Assembly (NCBI GenBank): GCA_033764955.1
Contig: JANRIL010000032.1
Coordinates: forward strand, 1 to 64,000
Length of the DNA: 64,000 nucleotides
Origin: Cyanobacteriota bacterium
GTDB lineage: Bacteria > Cyanobacteriota > Cyanobacteriia > Thermostichales > Thermostichaceae
Direction of reading: 5' to 3'
Below the pieces are notes generated by a model. It saw nothing but the letters and a program-made list of their open reading frames with translations, searched no databases and had not been told where the DNA came from. Shown piece after piece: positions 1 to 8,891 of the stretch. Numbering within the stretch: position 1 is the stretch's first letter; each line of letters begins with the position of its first letter. Position numbers and translations under genes: made by a program.

Positions 1-135
1 AGGACTTGATTCATAGCCCCATTCTACTTCATGAGAATCTGTGGTGATGCCTAGAGACTTATTGCTCGTCTTCGACGAGCCTGCATTCCTCCCGACGCTC
101 ACCTCACAGGTAGTGCGCGGCGCTCCTGCAAGTCA
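1..135 (-). mobile_element. Probable left end of an IS200/IS605-family element, with a TnpB-like ORF starting at 14 and running off the window edge
   Basis: Minus strand reads GGAGCGCCGCGCACTACCTGTGAGGTGAGCGTCGGGAGGAATGC, resembling cyanobacterial IS605-type subterminal hairpins. A perfect hairpin GCTCGTC-TTC-GACGAGC lies at 64-80. A TAGAAT -10-like hexamer is followed by ATG at 14 reading MNQV(L), similar to TnpB N-termini. Only 4-5 codons are visible. Confidence 0.4.
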
Positions 136-309
136 AGCTGAAAGATTGTGCAGCCCCTGCCTCAATGATTAAGCACGATTTTACTCCTCTCGTCCATGGT
201 TAGGGTATTTAGGTGAGGGGAGGCAATGGTTGAGTGCGCTTGTGTTGAGTGATTCAGGGAAGGGCTGTAGGTTCAGGCTCGTCATTGATGAGGCCATTGA
301 CGAGATGGA

Positions 310-324
310 TGAGAATGATTATCA
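310..324. promoter_or_regulatory. Zur (zinc uptake regulator) box
   Basis: TGAGAATGATTATCA is a 1-mismatch match to the cyanobacterial 7-1-7 palindrome TGATAATNATTATCA, 25 nt upstream of the likely znuA start. Confidence 0.75.
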
Positions 325-349
325 TTGCTTAGATTTCGGGGATTTGTCC

Positions 350-1411
350 ATGTTTTTTCCTCAGCCATTGCGGTGGTCAGAATACCTGACTGGGCTAGCC
401 CTTGCTACCCTAATCAACTCGCTTGTCTGTCAAGGGGATGCTGTGGCTCAGAGTCAACCCCTCCAGCCTTTGCAAGTGGTCACCACGATTTTACCGATTA
501 GCCAATTTACCAACGCCGTAGCCGGGGAGCGGGCAGAGGTCATCCCTTTACTTCCCCCCAATGTTGGCCCTCATGATTATCAAGCTCGTCCACAGGATGT
601 TCAAGCTCTCGCTCAGGCGAATGTTTTGGTAATCAATGGATTGGAGATGGAAGCTTTTTTGGAAGGATTAGTTGAGAACGCGGGTAATGCCAACTTGAAA
701 ACGATTGACACTAGCGAAGGGATCCCCCCTCTCCAGTCGTCAGAAGCAGAACCGGAGGGATCCCATGAACATGGTCACGAACATGAGCATGGCCACGAAC
801 ATGGCGAATTTAACCCGCATATTTGGCTGGATCCCAAACGAGCCATTCAACAGGTAGAAAACATTCGGGATGGGCTGATCGCCGCCGATCCGGAAGGGCA
901 AGCCGTCTACACTGCCAATGCCAGCGCTTACATTCAGCAACTGCAACAACTGGATCAAGAAACCGCCAGTCTTCTGCAACCCTATGCAGGAAAGACCTTT
1001 GTTACCTACCACGACTTCGCCCCCTATTTTGCCGACAGCTATGGCCTCCAGGTGGAGTTTCTGGTGGGAGTACCGGATGAAAATCCTGCTCCAGCCGATG
1101 TCAAACGGGTGATGGATGCGGTTCAGCAATCCGGCTTAAAAACTCTGCTGACGGAGGTGCAAGTGGGGGACGACAACCCCTTTCGCGCCATTGCTCAAGA
1201 CTTGAAGGTGAGTATCAGTGTGTTTGATCCCGTAGAAACGGGATCCGACAAGGCGATGCAACCCGACTATTACTTAGCGGTGATGCGCCAAAATGTGCAG
1301 AACTTGTGGGCGGCTTTTGCCAGTCAACCGATTTCTCATTGGGGATCCCCCTTTTCTGTTTTGGGGCTGGCAGCGGCATCCCAGACAGCCATCCTCTCCG
1401 AGGGTAGGTAA
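350..1411 (+). CDS. znuA: Zn/Mn ABC transporter substrate-binding protein (ZnuA family)
   Basis: GPHDYQ, His-rich loop HEHGHEHEHGHEHG, NPHIWLDP and TYHD motifs. Start moved from 230 to ATG 350 because the Zur box lies in the extension. Confidence 0.88.
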   Translation: MFFPQPLRWSEYLTGLALATLINSLVCQGDAVAQSQPLQPLQVVTTILPISQFTNAVAGERAEVIPLLPPNVGPHDYQARPQDVQALAQANVLVINGLEMEAFLEGLVENAGNANLKTIDTSEGIPPLQSSEAEPEGSHEHGHEHEHGHEHGEFNPHIWLDPKRAIQQVENIRDGLIAADPEGQAVYTANASAYIQQLQQLDQETASLLQPYAGKTFVTYHDFAPYFADSYGLQVEFLVGVPDENPAPADVKRVMDAVQQSGLKTLLTEVQVGDDNPFRAIAQDLKVSISVFDPVETGSDKAMQPDYYLAVMRQNVQNLWAAFASQPISHWGSPFSVLGLAAASQTAILSEGR

Positions 1412-1414
1412 ATT

Positions 1415-2191
1415 TTGGTGGAAGCAGTTTTATCGGTCGCAGGGGTGAGTGTCTATCGGGGATCCCATTTGGCGGTGCAGGATGTCTCCTTTCACCTTTA
1501 TGCCGGATCCGACACCGCCATTGTTGGCCCCAATGGAGCAGGCAAAAGCACCCTCGTTCAGGCTATTTTGGGCATTCTGCCCCGCCAGTGTGGGGAGATC
1601 TCCATTTTGGGGAATGGCTTAAGTCTGGGGGGCTACCTAGCTCCAGAGGCACGGCAACATATTGCCTATCTCCCCCAAAGCTTTCAGTTCGACCGAGGGA
1701 TCCCGATGACGGTGGCTGAGTTTGTCGGATTGGGTTGGGGGGTGTTGCGTCCGCAGTTGCCCTGGCGGGATCAACCGACACGGCAGCGGGCTGTGCAAGA
1801 GGCACTCGATCAGGTGAATGGCTTACACCTGATTAACCAGCCCCTCAGCCGTTTAAGTGGGGGAGAAACCAAGCGAGTCTTGCTGGCCTATTGTTTGGTG
1901 TGGCCGCGCCGCCTTTTGATCTTGGATGAGGCTCCCGCCGGACTCGATTCCCACAGCCAAGGAGAGTTTTACCGCCTTTTGCAGGATCTCAAAACTAGCT
2001 TAGGATGGGCTATTTTGCAGATTTCCCATGACTTGGATATGGTCAGCCGTCAGTGCGATCAGGTGATTTGCATGAACCGTTCTATTATTTGCCAAGGGAT
2101 CCCGGAGGTAGCCCTCACCCCACAACATTTGCTAACCGCCTATGGCTCAGAATTTGCCCGCTATGTGCATCGACATTACGACCATCATTAG
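1415..2191 (+). CDS. znuC: Metal ABC transporter ATP-binding protein
   Basis: Walker A GPNGAGKST, LSGGE signature, LLILDE, His-rich C-terminus; lies 3 nt after znuA. Confidence 0.88.
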   Translation: MVEAVLSVAGVSVYRGSHLAVQDVSFHLYAGSDTAIVGPNGAGKSTLVQAILGILPRQCGEISILGNGLSLGGYLAPEARQHIAYLPQSFQFDRGIPMTVAEFVGLGWGVLRPQLPWRDQPTRQRAVQEALDQVNGLHLINQPLSRLSGGETKRVLLAYCLVWPRRLLILDEAPAGLDSHSQGEFYRLLQDLKTSLGWAILQISHDLDMVSRQCDQVICMNRSIICQGIPEVALTPQHLLTAYGSEFARYVHRHYDHH

Positions 2192-2696
2192 AAGCCACTA
2201 TTCTGAAGCCGAATCTTGGAGCTTTCCTGGCTAGCAAGATGGGTAGCGGGCTGAAGACTAAGGTAACTCTGAGGATAACCCTTCGCGGAGCCGCTCCTCT
2301 GGGGGAGGAGAGGAGTGCATTTTGACTTTGAAGGATTCTAAAGTTCCTAACTCGAAGGCATCACTCAAAAGACTAGCCAAGCGATAGGCGTGATAGTCCC
2401 AATAGGCCAGTGGGGAGAGAAGGGGTTGTGAGGAATGTGTCATGAGGGCAATGCTTGCGATGATGGGAGGGGGAGTGGAGGGGGATAGCCTTCGTAGAGT
2501 TATTTGGGAGCAATAGACCATCGGTTCCAGCCTTAGGCTAGACAATGAAGGAGAAAAAGCAGAGAAAAAGATGTGCCCTCACCTTCCCGGAAGGGTAGCC
2601 GGATTATTCAGGGAGGACAGGGTTGTTCCAATGCAGGGATTTCCTCAGCATCGCTCTAGGCTTGGTTCGCTGAGGCAGAACCAAAACAGGGGATCC

Positions 2697-3575
2697 CTAG
2701 ATGGTTAAGCCAGTTGTTTGTCCATCGTGGTAGGCCGCCAACAATACATCGGTGGTAGTATCCCAGGCGATATCTCCATTTTGAGCCAAGGCAATTATGC
2801 CAAAAGCGCGCTGACGAGAACGGGCTTCGGCAAAGGTTTTAGCCACAGCTTCCGCTAACGACATACCATCGGTAACCCGCACCACGATCCGTACCGCTAA
2901 CCCCTCATCCAAAATATCTTCCCCTACCCCTGTGCAACTCACCCCAGCGTAGGCATTACTGTAGGTGCCCGCCGGAGTTGCCGAATCACTTACCCGCCCG
3001 ATCCGCTCAAATCCCCGCCCGCCCGTGGAAGTACCAACAGCGATTTCTCCTCGTTCATCCAATGCTACCGCCCCAATTGTTCCCATCGCCAGTGAAGTCA
3101 ACACCCGCTGGGAGTGAGCTTTGCCTTGCAAATGAACCCATTCCTGTAGTCGCTTGGGAGTTGTGGGGTCATAGATTGGTAATTGCATTTCGCGGGCTAA
3201 CTCGGCTGCCCCTAACTCCGCCACCACCCGATCCGGACTGGTCTGGAGAAACTGTGCCATGAGAATCGGGTGTTCGACACGGCTGGTGTTGATGACACTG
3301 CTAAAGGATTGAGGGGATCCCAGCATCAGGGCGGCGCTCATGCGAATTTGCCCATCCGACTGCATGACCGAGCCTGTGCCCGCATTGAACAACGGATCTG
3401 CTTCTAGTGCCTGACAAGCCTGCATCACCGCCGCTTCCGCCGAGGCTCCTTGGGATAGCAGGGTATAGGCACTCGTCACCACTGCCTCCAGCACTGCTCG
3501 CACCGATTCTACGCTGGCTCCCCCATCGAGCGCCCCCCCCGCTCCTCCATGAATGATTAGCTTGGGCTGCACCAT
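2697..3575 (-). CDS. Isoaspartyl peptidase/L-asparaginase (Ntn hydrolase)
   Basis: IIHGGAG, FNAGTGS, GTIGAVALD nucleophile motif, STGG, GRVSDS, SCTGVGE. Start placed at MVQPKL. Confidence 0.9.
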   Translation of the reverse strand: MVQPKLIIHGGAGGALDGGASVESVRAVLEAVVTSAYTLLSQGASAEAAVMQACQALEADPLFNAGTGSVMQSDGQIRMSAALMLGSPQSFSSVINTSRVEHPILMAQFLQTSPDRVVAELGAAELAREMQLPIYDPTTPKRLQEWVHLQGKAHSQRVLTSLAMGTIGAVALDERGEIAVGTSTGGRGFERIGRVSDSATPAGTYSNAYAGVSCTGVGEDILDEGLAVRIVVRVTDGMSLAEAVAKTFAEARSRQRAFGIIALAQNGDIAWDTTTDVLLAAYHDGQTTGLTI

Positions 3576-3624
3576 GAATGCTCCTAATAAGGGACAGGTA
3601 GTGGGTAAAAGGATGAAAGTTGGA

Positions 3625-4257
3625 CTATTGATGATCAAATAGGTTGGTATAACCCAGCAGGTCGAGCCGGATCAAGGTGGGCAAATGCTGAAAGCAAGCT
3701 TGAGCTAATTCCCATCGACCCTCCCGCTGCAACATGCAGGTGAGCTGATCCTGTAAAGGAATCAGATAGCGGACATCATTGGCCGCATATTCAAGCTGGC
3801 TGTCGGAGAGCTGCTGCACGGATCCCCAATCGGAGCTTTGAGCCGCCTTGTTTAACTCCACCCCACACAATTCCTGCACAACCTCTTTTAGTCCATGCCG
3901 GTTGGTGTAAGTGCGTGCCAGCTTGCTAGCAATCTTGGTGCAATAGATCGGCTGAGTTTCAATACCAAGGTGATAGAAAAGCATTGCCAAATCAAACCGG
4001 GCAAAGTGAAAGATCTTTTGAGGAGGAGCGTCCTGAAGAAGCTGCTTGAGACGAGGAGCGGAACGGATCCCTTGGGAGAGGCGTAACAACACCACCTGAC
4101 CCGCCCGATTGCAAAGCTGCACAACACAAAGACGATCCCGTTGGGGTAGCAGCCCCATGGTTTCAGTGTCTATGGCGAGGTGAGTCTCAGCCGCATAAAT
4201 CTGCAAAGCAGTTTCGGAGATGTCGTCATCACACACTTGAAAAGACGGCAAACTCAC
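3625..4257 (-). CDS. rnd: RNase D-like 3'-5' exonuclease (DEDDy)
   Basis: AIDTETMGL, FHFARFD, CTKIASKLART, QSSDW, YAANDV motifs. Confidence 0.88.
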   Translation of the reverse strand: MSLPSFQVCDDDISETALQIYAAETHLAIDTETMGLLPQRDRLCVVQLCNRAGQVVLLRLSQGIRSAPRLKQLLQDAPPQKIFHFARFDLAMLFYHLGIETQPIYCTKIASKLARTYTNRHGLKEVVQELCGVELNKAAQSSDWGSVQQLSDSQLEYAANDVRYLIPLQDQLTCMLQREGRWELAQACFQHLPTLIRLDLLGYTNLFDHQ

Positions 4258-4288
4258 AGCAAAAACCTCAAAAGAGGAGGGGCTTTAA

Positions 4289-4594
4289 CTACCAACTTGA
4301 CTTGACCACTCCCGGCAAAAGACCCTGGTGAGCCATTTCTCGCAGGCAGTTGCGAGACAAGCCAAAATCCCGATAAAAGCCTCGGGAACGTCCAGTTACC
4401 CAGCAGCGATTACGGAGACGGGTGCGTGAGCTAGCCCGCGGCAACTCCTGAAGCTGGGCGTGAAGATCCATGCGATCCCCTTGATCCAGGTTGGGATCTG
4501 CAATCGACTCTTTTAATTGCTGCCGTCGCTCACGATATTTATCCACTAACCGTTGGCGCTTCTTTTCTCGCTCAATCATGCTTTTTTTAGCCAC
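4289..4594 (-). CDS. rpsN: 30S ribosomal protein S14
   Basis: [13 protein letters not shown]...[12 protein letters not shown]...LPGVVKSSW. Confidence 0.98.
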   Translation of the reverse strand: MAKKSMIEREKKRQRLVDKYRERRQQLKESIADPNLDQGDRMDLHAQLQELPRASSRTRLRNRCWVTGRSRGFYRDFGLSRNCLREMAHQGLLPGVVKSSW

Positions 4595-4692
4595 AATTCA
4601 CCCGTTCCAGTTGGTTGTGCATTTTGACCTTATCTAGGCTAGCGGATCAAGGCAAACAAATTCAAGCTTTCCAACCATCTACTTAGAGAAAG

Positions 4693-4917
4693 TTAGAGAA
4701 AGCACCTGACCTGCTCCCACACCCCCACTTCATTACGGCAGTAGTAGCAGCCATCCCACCAGAGACAAACATCGTAATCAATCAGTTGGCTGACTTCGCT
4801 CAGTTGCTCGGCAATCTCAGCCTTGCAGTCCCGTTGGTGCTGCTGGCTAAGGCGATCCAACTGGGCTTGCAGATCAGAAGAAACCTGGGCTTGGGAGTGG
4901 GTCTGAGTATGGGTCAA
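4693..4917 (-). CDS. Small hypothetical protein with Cys/Trp-rich C-terminus
   Basis: 74-aa ORF with GAGGA RBS upstream. Helical Q-rich N-terminus; C-terminal CLWWDGCYYC...RCFL. Confidence 0.6.
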   Translation of the reverse strand: MTHTQTHSQAQVSSDLQAQLDRLSQQHQRDCKAEIAEQLSEVSQLIDYDVCLWWDGCYYCRNEVGVWEQVRCFL

Positions 4918-5116
4918 GGGTCAATCCTCATCAGTCCGTTCTATGTAGCATGGTAACCAATACCCTTCTGAGTGCTGGGGAGTTATTAAGATTGTTTTTG
5001 GGTTATCGTTAAGCTCTGTAATATTTCCCCATTCACTGTCCGCTGCGCATCGCAACGTCTTATTGCCGAGGCTTTCTGTGAACAGGACATAGCGAGCTGA
5101 GCATTCAGGCTAATTT

Positions 5117-5845
5117 CTATGCCTGGTAGACTTCCGCAAATGGATTAAAGTTTGTGTCTCGATCAAAATAGTCCTCTTGCTCCTGTTGTTTAAGCCACCC
5201 TGTGATCCAATAGGTGAGAGGAGTGAACAGAATTTCGATCCCACACTTAAAAATATAGTTTGAGACCATTAAGGCTAATAAGCCAGGGAAAACTCCTGCA
5301 AAAGCGATTACGATAAAAATTCCTGTATCGACCAGTTGTCCAACTAGTGTAGAACTGATCGTGCGTAACCAGAGATATTTTCCCTGCGTGCGAATCTTGA
5401 GTTTAGCCAGAATCCAGGCGTTAGAGAATTCCCCAGTAAAATAAGCGATTAAGCTAGCTAAAACAATCCGTGGAGTCAACCCTAAAACTTGATCGTAGGC
5501 GACTTGGTGAGGCCAATCACTGGCTGCCGGAAGTTTTCCCACAAGCATCAGCGTGATGGACAGCAAAAAGGCAGAGACAAATCCTAACCAAATCACCTTC
5601 CGTGAACAACGATAGCCATAAACCTCCGTCAAAATATCGCCAAAGATATAGCTGAGTGGGAACAACAGTGTGCCGCCGTCAAAGACCAGGGATCCCAGGC
5701 TAACAATTTTGGTAGAGGCAACATTAGAAATTAGTAAAACTGCTACAAACAAGGCAGTAATAGTATCCAAATGTTTATAGGATCGCCCCATATCTGAACT
5801 TTTAACCTCCATTGGCTTCATATCCTCACCTTGGCTTTCCATCAA
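5117..5845 (-). CDS. yhhQ: Queuosine precursor transporter (YhhQ/VUT family)
   Basis: LISNVASTK, FPLSYIFGDILTEVYG, RIVLASLIAY, LWLRTISST..GQLVDT; multi-pass membrane protein. Start may be slightly downstream. Confidence 0.85.
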   Translation of the reverse strand: MMESQGEDMKPMEVKSSDMGRSYKHLDTITALFVAVLLISNVASTKIVSLGSLVFDGGTLLFPLSYIFGDILTEVYGYRCSRKVIWLGFVSAFLLSITLMLVGKLPAASDWPHQVAYDQVLGLTPRIVLASLIAYFTGEFSNAWILAKLKIRTQGKYLWLRTISSTLVGQLVDTGIFIVIAFAGVFPGLLALMVSNYIFKCGIEILFTPLTYWITGWLKQQEQEDYFDRDTNFNPFAEVYQA

Positions 5846-5932
5846 CCACCAACTCGATTTAAAAACTTCTCGATCGATTTCCGATCACCCTATCGTTTTT
5901 ACTTATTTTTTGCGCTACTGTTTTATTCTGAA

Positions 5933-6583
5933 TTAGCCTAAGCGCTTGCGAATCTGTCTTAGTTCATTGGCGATCAAGGCTAACCCTTTATTCTGGCGAT
6001 CAATTTCAGCCAAGATTTTCTCCATATATGTTTGCAAATTATGAGAGACTCCCTCCTGCTGTTTAACTCGCTCATTTAGGTTGTTCAGACGACTCACCAC
6101 CTCGCGTTGCACCATCGTCTCAGTCCCCTGAATAAAAAGTGTTTCTAACGTCGACATTTTACTGAGGAGTTGTTGGATCATGGGCTCACTAGACAGATCG
6201 ACTTCTGGCTGTGGGCTTACCTGGAGGGCTTTCTGAATTTGCTCAACGAGGGCACTGGCTTCAAAAGGTTTTTCAATAAAATCAAAGCCAACAAATGGTT
6301 CAGGGATCCGTGCCGTCACCTGCTCTCGCAACCCCGACATCATCACCACCGGAGTATTGCGAAGATCGTCTTCTTTGCGAAGGGCTTGTAGGGTTTCATA
6401 CCCATCCATTTTGGGCATCACAAAGTCCAACAGAATCAGATCGGGATGATGTTTTTTGGCCGTGTCCAGCCCAACCAAACCATCCTTGGCTTCCAGTACC
6501 TCAAACTGGTCAGCCAAAATACTGGCGACCATCTTGCGAATCATAATGCTATCGTCAATCACTAGCACTGTTTTGGCCGCCAT
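5933..6583 (-). CDS. Response regulator (receiver domain plus C-terminal coiled coil)
   Basis: VLVIDDS, LILLDFVMP, FIEKPF; heptad-like C-terminus with no recognisable DNA-binding domain. Confidence 0.85.
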   Translation of the reverse strand: MAAKTVLVIDDSIMIRKMVASILADQFEVLEAKDGLVGLDTAKKHHPDLILLDFVMPKMDGYETLQALRKEDDLRNTPVVMMSGLREQVTARIPEPFVGFDFIEKPFEASALVEQIQKALQVSPQPEVDLSSEPMIQQLLSKMSTLETLFIQGTETMVQREVVSRLNNLNERVKQQEGVSHNLQTYMEKILAEIDRQNKGLALIANELRQIRKRLG

Positions 6584-6705
6584 GCTGCCATGCTCCCGTC
6601 ATGAACATCGAGGATGCCACCATTCTTGCCCCAGAGACACCCTAGCCGTGCAGCAATTTGAGGTTTGAGGTAAGATAGTAAAGAATCTTTACAAAGAAGA
6701 ATAGC

Positions 6706-7608
6706 ATGACAGTTGTTTATCCCCGAAAGCTACGGAACCAGTTGAGTGCTCAGGCCATCCTCAACCAAGTGGTGCGGGATCGTGATGTCCATCTGGTCAC
6801 ACTCAACCGCTATCGCTATAACGAGCAACGGAGTTGTAAAGATTTGACTAACTTGATTGAGTTGCTAAATGGGCGTCCCAAAGATTTAGTCAGAGACTTA
6901 TCCCATCATATTTCGGACGAAGCCCGTCATGCCTATTGGCTGACTGACCTTCTCGACGATCTGGGGGCAGATATTGGTACTCCCCCTGGATCGTCTTACA
7001 TTGATGAGTTCGAGCGGCTGCTCGATCCCCAAACCGACCCAGAAATGGTTGTGATTGATAGCCTTGCCGCCATCAATGTTACGGAAAAGCGCGGCTGTGA
7101 ATATTTCTCTGCTCATATCAGGGCTCTCAAGGCCGCCGAACCTACTCCCGAAAACGTTAAAATCCGCGAAACCATCGAGAAGATTTTACCGGAAGAGGCT
7201 GCCCATGTTCGCTGGGGAACCCGTCGTCTGGCGGAAATTGCCAAGCAAAGCCCCCAACACCGGGAAAACGTGGAAACTGCTCGGCGCAAGTATGCCGCGA
7301 TTGAACAAGCCGCTTTTGAATCGGGTATGGATATTTTGGCGGGAGCGGAGCTGCGTCGGGTCGGTAATCTGATGGAGGTGGCGAAAACCTTACCCCTCTG
7401 GCGTCAGCCTCAGTATGTCTTGCAGCACCTGCCCCAAACCCTGCTGGCTCCCGATTTACAAAAAACTCGCCTGGAGGCATTTCAGAGAGCCTGGAACCGC
7501 GATCCGCAAGCCTTTGTCGAGAAGTTTATCCCGATGTTTTGGGCAGGCTGGAATGACAGTTTACCCAAGCCCGCTAGCACGGCTCAGCCCAGTGGATCCA
7601 ATGCCTAG
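6706..7608 (+). CDS. Ferritin-like di-iron domain protein
   Basis: E...DEARH and E...EEAAH carboxylate/His pairs typical of four-helix di-iron proteins. Confidence 0.75.
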   Translation: MTVVYPRKLRNQLSAQAILNQVVRDRDVHLVTLNRYRYNEQRSCKDLTNLIELLNGRPKDLVRDLSHHISDEARHAYWLTDLLDDLGADIGTPPGSSYIDEFERLLDPQTDPEMVVIDSLAAINVTEKRGCEYFSAHIRALKAAEPTPENVKIRETIEKILPEEAAHVRWGTRRLAEIAKQSPQHRENVETARRKYAAIEQAAFESGMDILAGAELRRVGNLMEVAKTLPLWRQPQYVLQHLPQTLLAPDLQKTRLEAFQRAWNRDPQAFVEKFIPMFWAGWNDSLPKPASTAQPSGSNA

Positions 7609-7705
7609 GGAGAGGACAATAGCCTACTAACTCTCGGAGTTGGGCTATTGCCGATCCGAAAGCCAACTTGTAGTCTAGTGGCGTGAGGGTGATGGGAGAG
7701 CCTGC

Positions 7706-8191
7706 ATGGATGATTTTTTAGATCTTTATTTGCAGCTTGATGTTCCTAGCCCAGTTGAGGAAGAAGTTTGGCGCGAATGGTTTGCGGTTTGGTTAAAGAC
7801 GTTATCGGTGACGGATCCCTGTGAGCTTAGCCTTTGCCTAACCACCGATCAGCATATTCAAGACCTTAACCGTGAGTTTCGTTATGTAGATGCCGCTACT
7901 GATGTCTTAGCCTTTGCCGCTCAAGAGACCCTGATTCCAATTGGTATCCGAGAACTCTCTGTGACGAAGTTATTAGGAGATATTGTGATTTCTGTGCCAA
8001 CGGCACGGGTACAGGCCAAAGCAAATGGGCACAAGCTTTCTGAAGAACTAGCTTGGTTGGCTAGCCATGGGTTGCTGCATCTTTTGGGGTGGGATCACCC
8101 TGATGAACTGTCCTTACAACGGATGCTCAATCAGCAACGGCTACTAATGGCTGCTGTTCATTTGCCCTCTGAGGTGGTGCATGGGCTTTAG
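7706..8191 (+). CDS. ybeY: rRNA maturation endoribonuclease YbeY
   Basis: LNREFR, TDVLAF, LGDIVIS, HGLLHLLGWDH. Confidence 0.95.
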   Translation: MDDFLDLYLQLDVPSPVEEEVWREWFAVWLKTLSVTDPCELSLCLTTDQHIQDLNREFRYVDAATDVLAFAAQETLIPIGIRELSVTKLLGDIVISVPTARVQAKANGHKLSEELAWLASHGLLHLLGWDHPDELSLQRMLNQQRLLMAAVHLPSEVVHGL

Positions 8192-8699
8192 TTCTCATTC
8201 CCGTCGTCTATCCAGGTCATCTATGGGATCCTCTACTCTCAGCAAACCCCCTATAGTGTCACCCCATGCCCAAGGGGGAGTAAGCGTTGGAAGAGAACGT
8301 CCGCCAGCTTGGCGAGTGGCTACCAATCTGGGGAAAAGTTTTCAATATGCAGGGGCCGGCTTACTCTATGCAACGGCAACCCAGCGTAATTTTCGCATTC
8401 ACCTAGGAATTGGAGCTGTGGCTCTTGGGTTGGCTTGGTTTTTACACCTGAGCTTTGTGGAAACAGCTCTGATCGGTCTGACCTGTGGGTTGGTCATGGC
8501 TATGGAATTACTGAACACAGCCCTGGAAGCTGTTGTAGATTTGGCAGCGGGCAAGGAGTTTCATGTTTTGGCTCAGATTGCCAAAGATTGTGCAGCGGCG
8601 GCAGTTTTAGTCTCAGCCTTAACGGCTTTAGGTGTCGCTGGATGTTTGCTGCTGCCCCCTTTGTGGGAGATGGTTCATGGTTGGGTGAAACTTGCTTAG
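8181..8699 (+). CDS. dgkA: Diacylglycerol/undecaprenol kinase family protein
   Basis: SFQYAGAG, QRNFRIH, ELLNTALEAVVD, AKDCAAAAV; overlaps ybeY, as is commonly seen. Confidence 0.9.
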   Translation: MGFSSHSRRLSRSSMGSSTLSKPPIVSPHAQGGVSVGRERPPAWRVATNLGKSFQYAGAGLLYATATQRNFRIHLGIGAVALGLAWFLHLSFVETALIGLTCGLVMAMELLNTALEAVVDLAAGKEFHVLAQIAKDCAAAAVLVSALTALGVAGCLLLPPLWEMVHGWVKLA

Positions 8700-8891
8700 A
8701 GCTATAGAGAAAAGCGAGGTCGGCTCTTCCCACAATTATTAACTTACTGAGGTTGCCTACCGCCTTGAGCAGCAAGCTCTAACCAGCATCTGCTGGTGGG
8801 GGTACAGGGGTTCTAGTAAGACTTCGTCCATCAAGTTAGAACTTTTTGCGAGAAAGGCAGGCAGGGGGTAGGAAATAGCCTTAGTCTCAGG

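Noticed and set aside
230..349. N-terminal extension of the znuA ORF
   Set aside because: Contains the Zur box and precedes the signal-peptide-like segment; likely promoter DNA.
2258..2545. 95-aa minus-strand ORF or structured RNA between znuC and the asparaginase gene
   Set aside because: No recognisable protein motif or riboswitch consensus; cannot be supported.
4289..4594. rpsN as a Zur-regulated zinc-free paralog
   Set aside because: The zinc-ribbon-less S14 is the normal cyanobacterial form, and no Zur box is seen upstream.
5846..5932. preQ1 riboswitch upstream of yhhQ
   Set aside because: A-rich, but no recognisable preQ1 stem or loop consensus.
7617..7650. Hairpin after the ferritin-like gene
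   Set aside because: Imperfect stem with no U-tract; not callable as a terminator.
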